Source of the DNA: an uncultured bacterium
Lineage (GTDB): Bacteria; SAR324; NAC60-12
Direction of reading: 5' to 3'
Assembly (NCBI GenBank): GCA_965662235.1
Contig: CBFIGY010000001.1
Location: 32,001 to 96,000 of the forward strand
DNA: 64,000 nucleotides
In this document: positions 62,450 through 64,000 of the stretch, piece after piece
Layout of the letters: each line of letters starts with the position of its first letter
Numbering within the stretch: position 1 is the first letter of the stretch
Made by a program: the position numbers and the translations under genes
Notes under the pieces: generated by a model
The model's database searches: none
Told to the model about the DNA's origin: nothing
The model's input: the letters and a program-made list of their open reading frames with translations, nothing else

Positions 62450-64000
62450 TTACTGGGCCGGAGCCACGCCTCCTGTCAGGATCAGGTACGACATCCAGTT
62501 ATCAGTGCCGCCCCCAAAATTCGCGTAGATGGGGTTGTCTTCAGACGGAACCTGGAGGAACTTGCGGTTCAGTGCATTGTTCGTGTACCGCTCCCAGAGG
62601 GGAATCGCTGGCAGCAGCTCGTTGTACGAAAGGGCCAGCTGCGCCACCAGTTTGGCCTGCGCCTGCCGGTTCACGCCTTCAGCACTTGCATTCGAGGCGT
62701 CAAAGACGTTGAGCTGTCCACCGCTGTAGGTGACGTTCATCTTGAAGCCCATGCCACCGCCTTGCTCACCTGCCAGCTCACCCTGCCCGTTGTAGCGGTT
62801 GTAAGCCTGCAGGAAGCTCCGGGCGGGAATCGGATCGCCCAGGCCCCAGTTCCGGACGGCGAGCTGGAAGTTCCCTTCATAAATGTCCTTCGGGTGCTGC
62901 TGAAACTGCACCCCACGCAGCTGGATGTCAAACCCGAACGCATTCAGCTGAGATGCGGCATTTTCTGCAGCAGCGGACCAATCCGCGTACTCCTGCGGGT
63001 AGGTCAGTTCAAATGAGAGCAGCTTGCCCTTGTCATCGTGCCACTTGCCGTTGCCGTCCTTTTCAAAGCCGATGCTCTGCAGCAACGAAGCCGCCCGCTC
63101 GGGGTCGTACTCATACGGATTCAGCTGCTCCAGCGTCTCATCAGACAGCCAAGCGCCAGAAAGGCCATCGCTCATGCCCGTGGGAAACTCCACCGCCACT
63201 CCGGACTCACCGAGGCTGACGTATCCGTTTTGCTCCCGATCAATGGCATAGGCCATCGCCTGCCGGACCTCAACGCGTCCCAACGGATAGACACGGTGGT
63301 TCAGGTACAGCCCAGGGCCGTTGTTCATGCCAGAGCGCACAATGTCGATGCCCTGCTGGTCAAACACCTTCTCTGTCGTGGGCGGAATGCCGTGGGTGAT
63401 GTAGTGCAGCTCCTCATTTGCCACAAGGGGCGTCACCACTTCTGTCTCGCCATTCCACATCCGGACTGAGTCAAACTTCTGCAGCTTTCCGGCAAATCCT
63501 CCCGGATTGAGCGTCAGCACCAGATTGGCCTCGTTGATGCTCGAAGGCACAATCGCATAAGGTCCGGCCGACACAGGGGCCTCCGGACGGAACTTGGTCA
63601 GCTCGTTCAAAAGGCTGTCCCACGCCTCGGTGCCGGGACTCAGCTGGGTAACCCGATCTGCGAGGGCTCCGTAGACGCTTGCGGCCCGGACGTTGGTGGT
63701 CAGGATCAGACGCTCCACCAAACTGGAGGGAGCCTCCATGAGAAACTTCACCGTCTGAGCATCCACCTTCTCCACATCTGTGAGGCTCTTCCACACGGTG
63801 TCGCCTCGGAGTTGGAAGATCCGGAAGGTGGCCATCAGATCGTCTGCGCTCAGCGTGCTGCCATCGCTCCAAGTCACACCCTTCACCAGTCGGACGACGT
63901 AGTTGCCATCGGCATCCCAACCAAAGGAATCGGCCAGCATGCCTTCATACTCGCCAGACGCCCACTTGAGCACCGCTAGGGGGGGCTCATGAATGTCCTG
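62450..64000 (-). CDS. Family 5 ABC substrate-binding protein, probably oligosaccharide-binding (5' end beyond window)
   Basis: Frame open to the window end; WSDG, GPY, VRQAMAYAIDR, YDPERAASLL, ELLPAIPL; substrate assignment is an inference. Confidence 0.85.
   Translation of the reverse strand, partial: QDIHEPPLAVLKWASGEYEGMLADSFGWDADGNYVVRLVKGVTWSDGSTLSADDLMATFRIFQLRGDTVWKSLTDVEKVDAQTVKFLMEAPSSLVERLILTTNVRAASVYGALADRVTQLSPGTEAWDSLLNELTKFRPEAPVSAGPYAIVPSSINEANLVLTLNPGGFAGKLQKFDSVRMWNGETEVVTPLVANEELHYITHGIPPTTEKVFDQQGIDIVRSGMNNGPGLYLNHRVYPLGRVEVRQAMAYAIDREQNGYVSLGESGVAVEFPTGMSDGLSGAWLSDETLEQLNPYEYDPERAASLLQSIGFEKDGNGKWHDDKGKLLSFELTYPQEYADWSAAAENAASQLNAFGFDIQLRGVQFQQHPKDIYEGNFQLAVRNWGLGDPIPARSFLQAYNRYNGQGELAGEQGGGMGFKMNVTYSGGQLNVFDASNASAEGVNRQAQAKLVAQLALSYNELLPAIPLWERYTNNALNRKFLQVPSEDNPIYANFGGGTDNWMSYLILTGGVAPAQ

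Overview
GC-rich (about 60% by eye), gene-dense bacterial chromosomal window. The gene set looks deltaproteobacterial, plausibly SAR324-like; this is inferred from the stand-alone spd/mtEFG1-type fusA and overall protein character. It holds scattered housekeeping genes (ispF, fusA, aat, sodB, ligA, argJ, argC, GMP reductase, yggS, metY, mutM, rsmH, ybeY, pyk, ruvA, ssb, smc, hisD) and three transport loci: a sigma54/DctBD-controlled TRAP-TAXI operon, an acyl-CoA ligase plus Liv-type ABC operon, and an Opp-type ABC operon. No rRNA, tRNA, CRISPR array, integrase or transposase was recognised. The main hidden system is a tandem pair of UGA-recoded selenoprotein genes that the ORF track splits or truncates. 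One is a PrdB/GrdB-like protein (U170-G-L-C) and the other an ArsC-like protein (U14-T-S-C), each with a SECIS-like hairpin just 3' of the UGA. The second gene overlaps argC by ATGA and the first shares its start codon with the divergent yggS. Other notable signals are a roughly tenfold excess of the palindrome TCCGGA, CTAG sites confined mostly to CCTAG/CTAGG (a possible CCWGG methylation scar), an OppC permease with an inserted solute-binding-protein lobe, an outer-membrane protein gene with a low-GC core, and several sigma54 promoter motifs.
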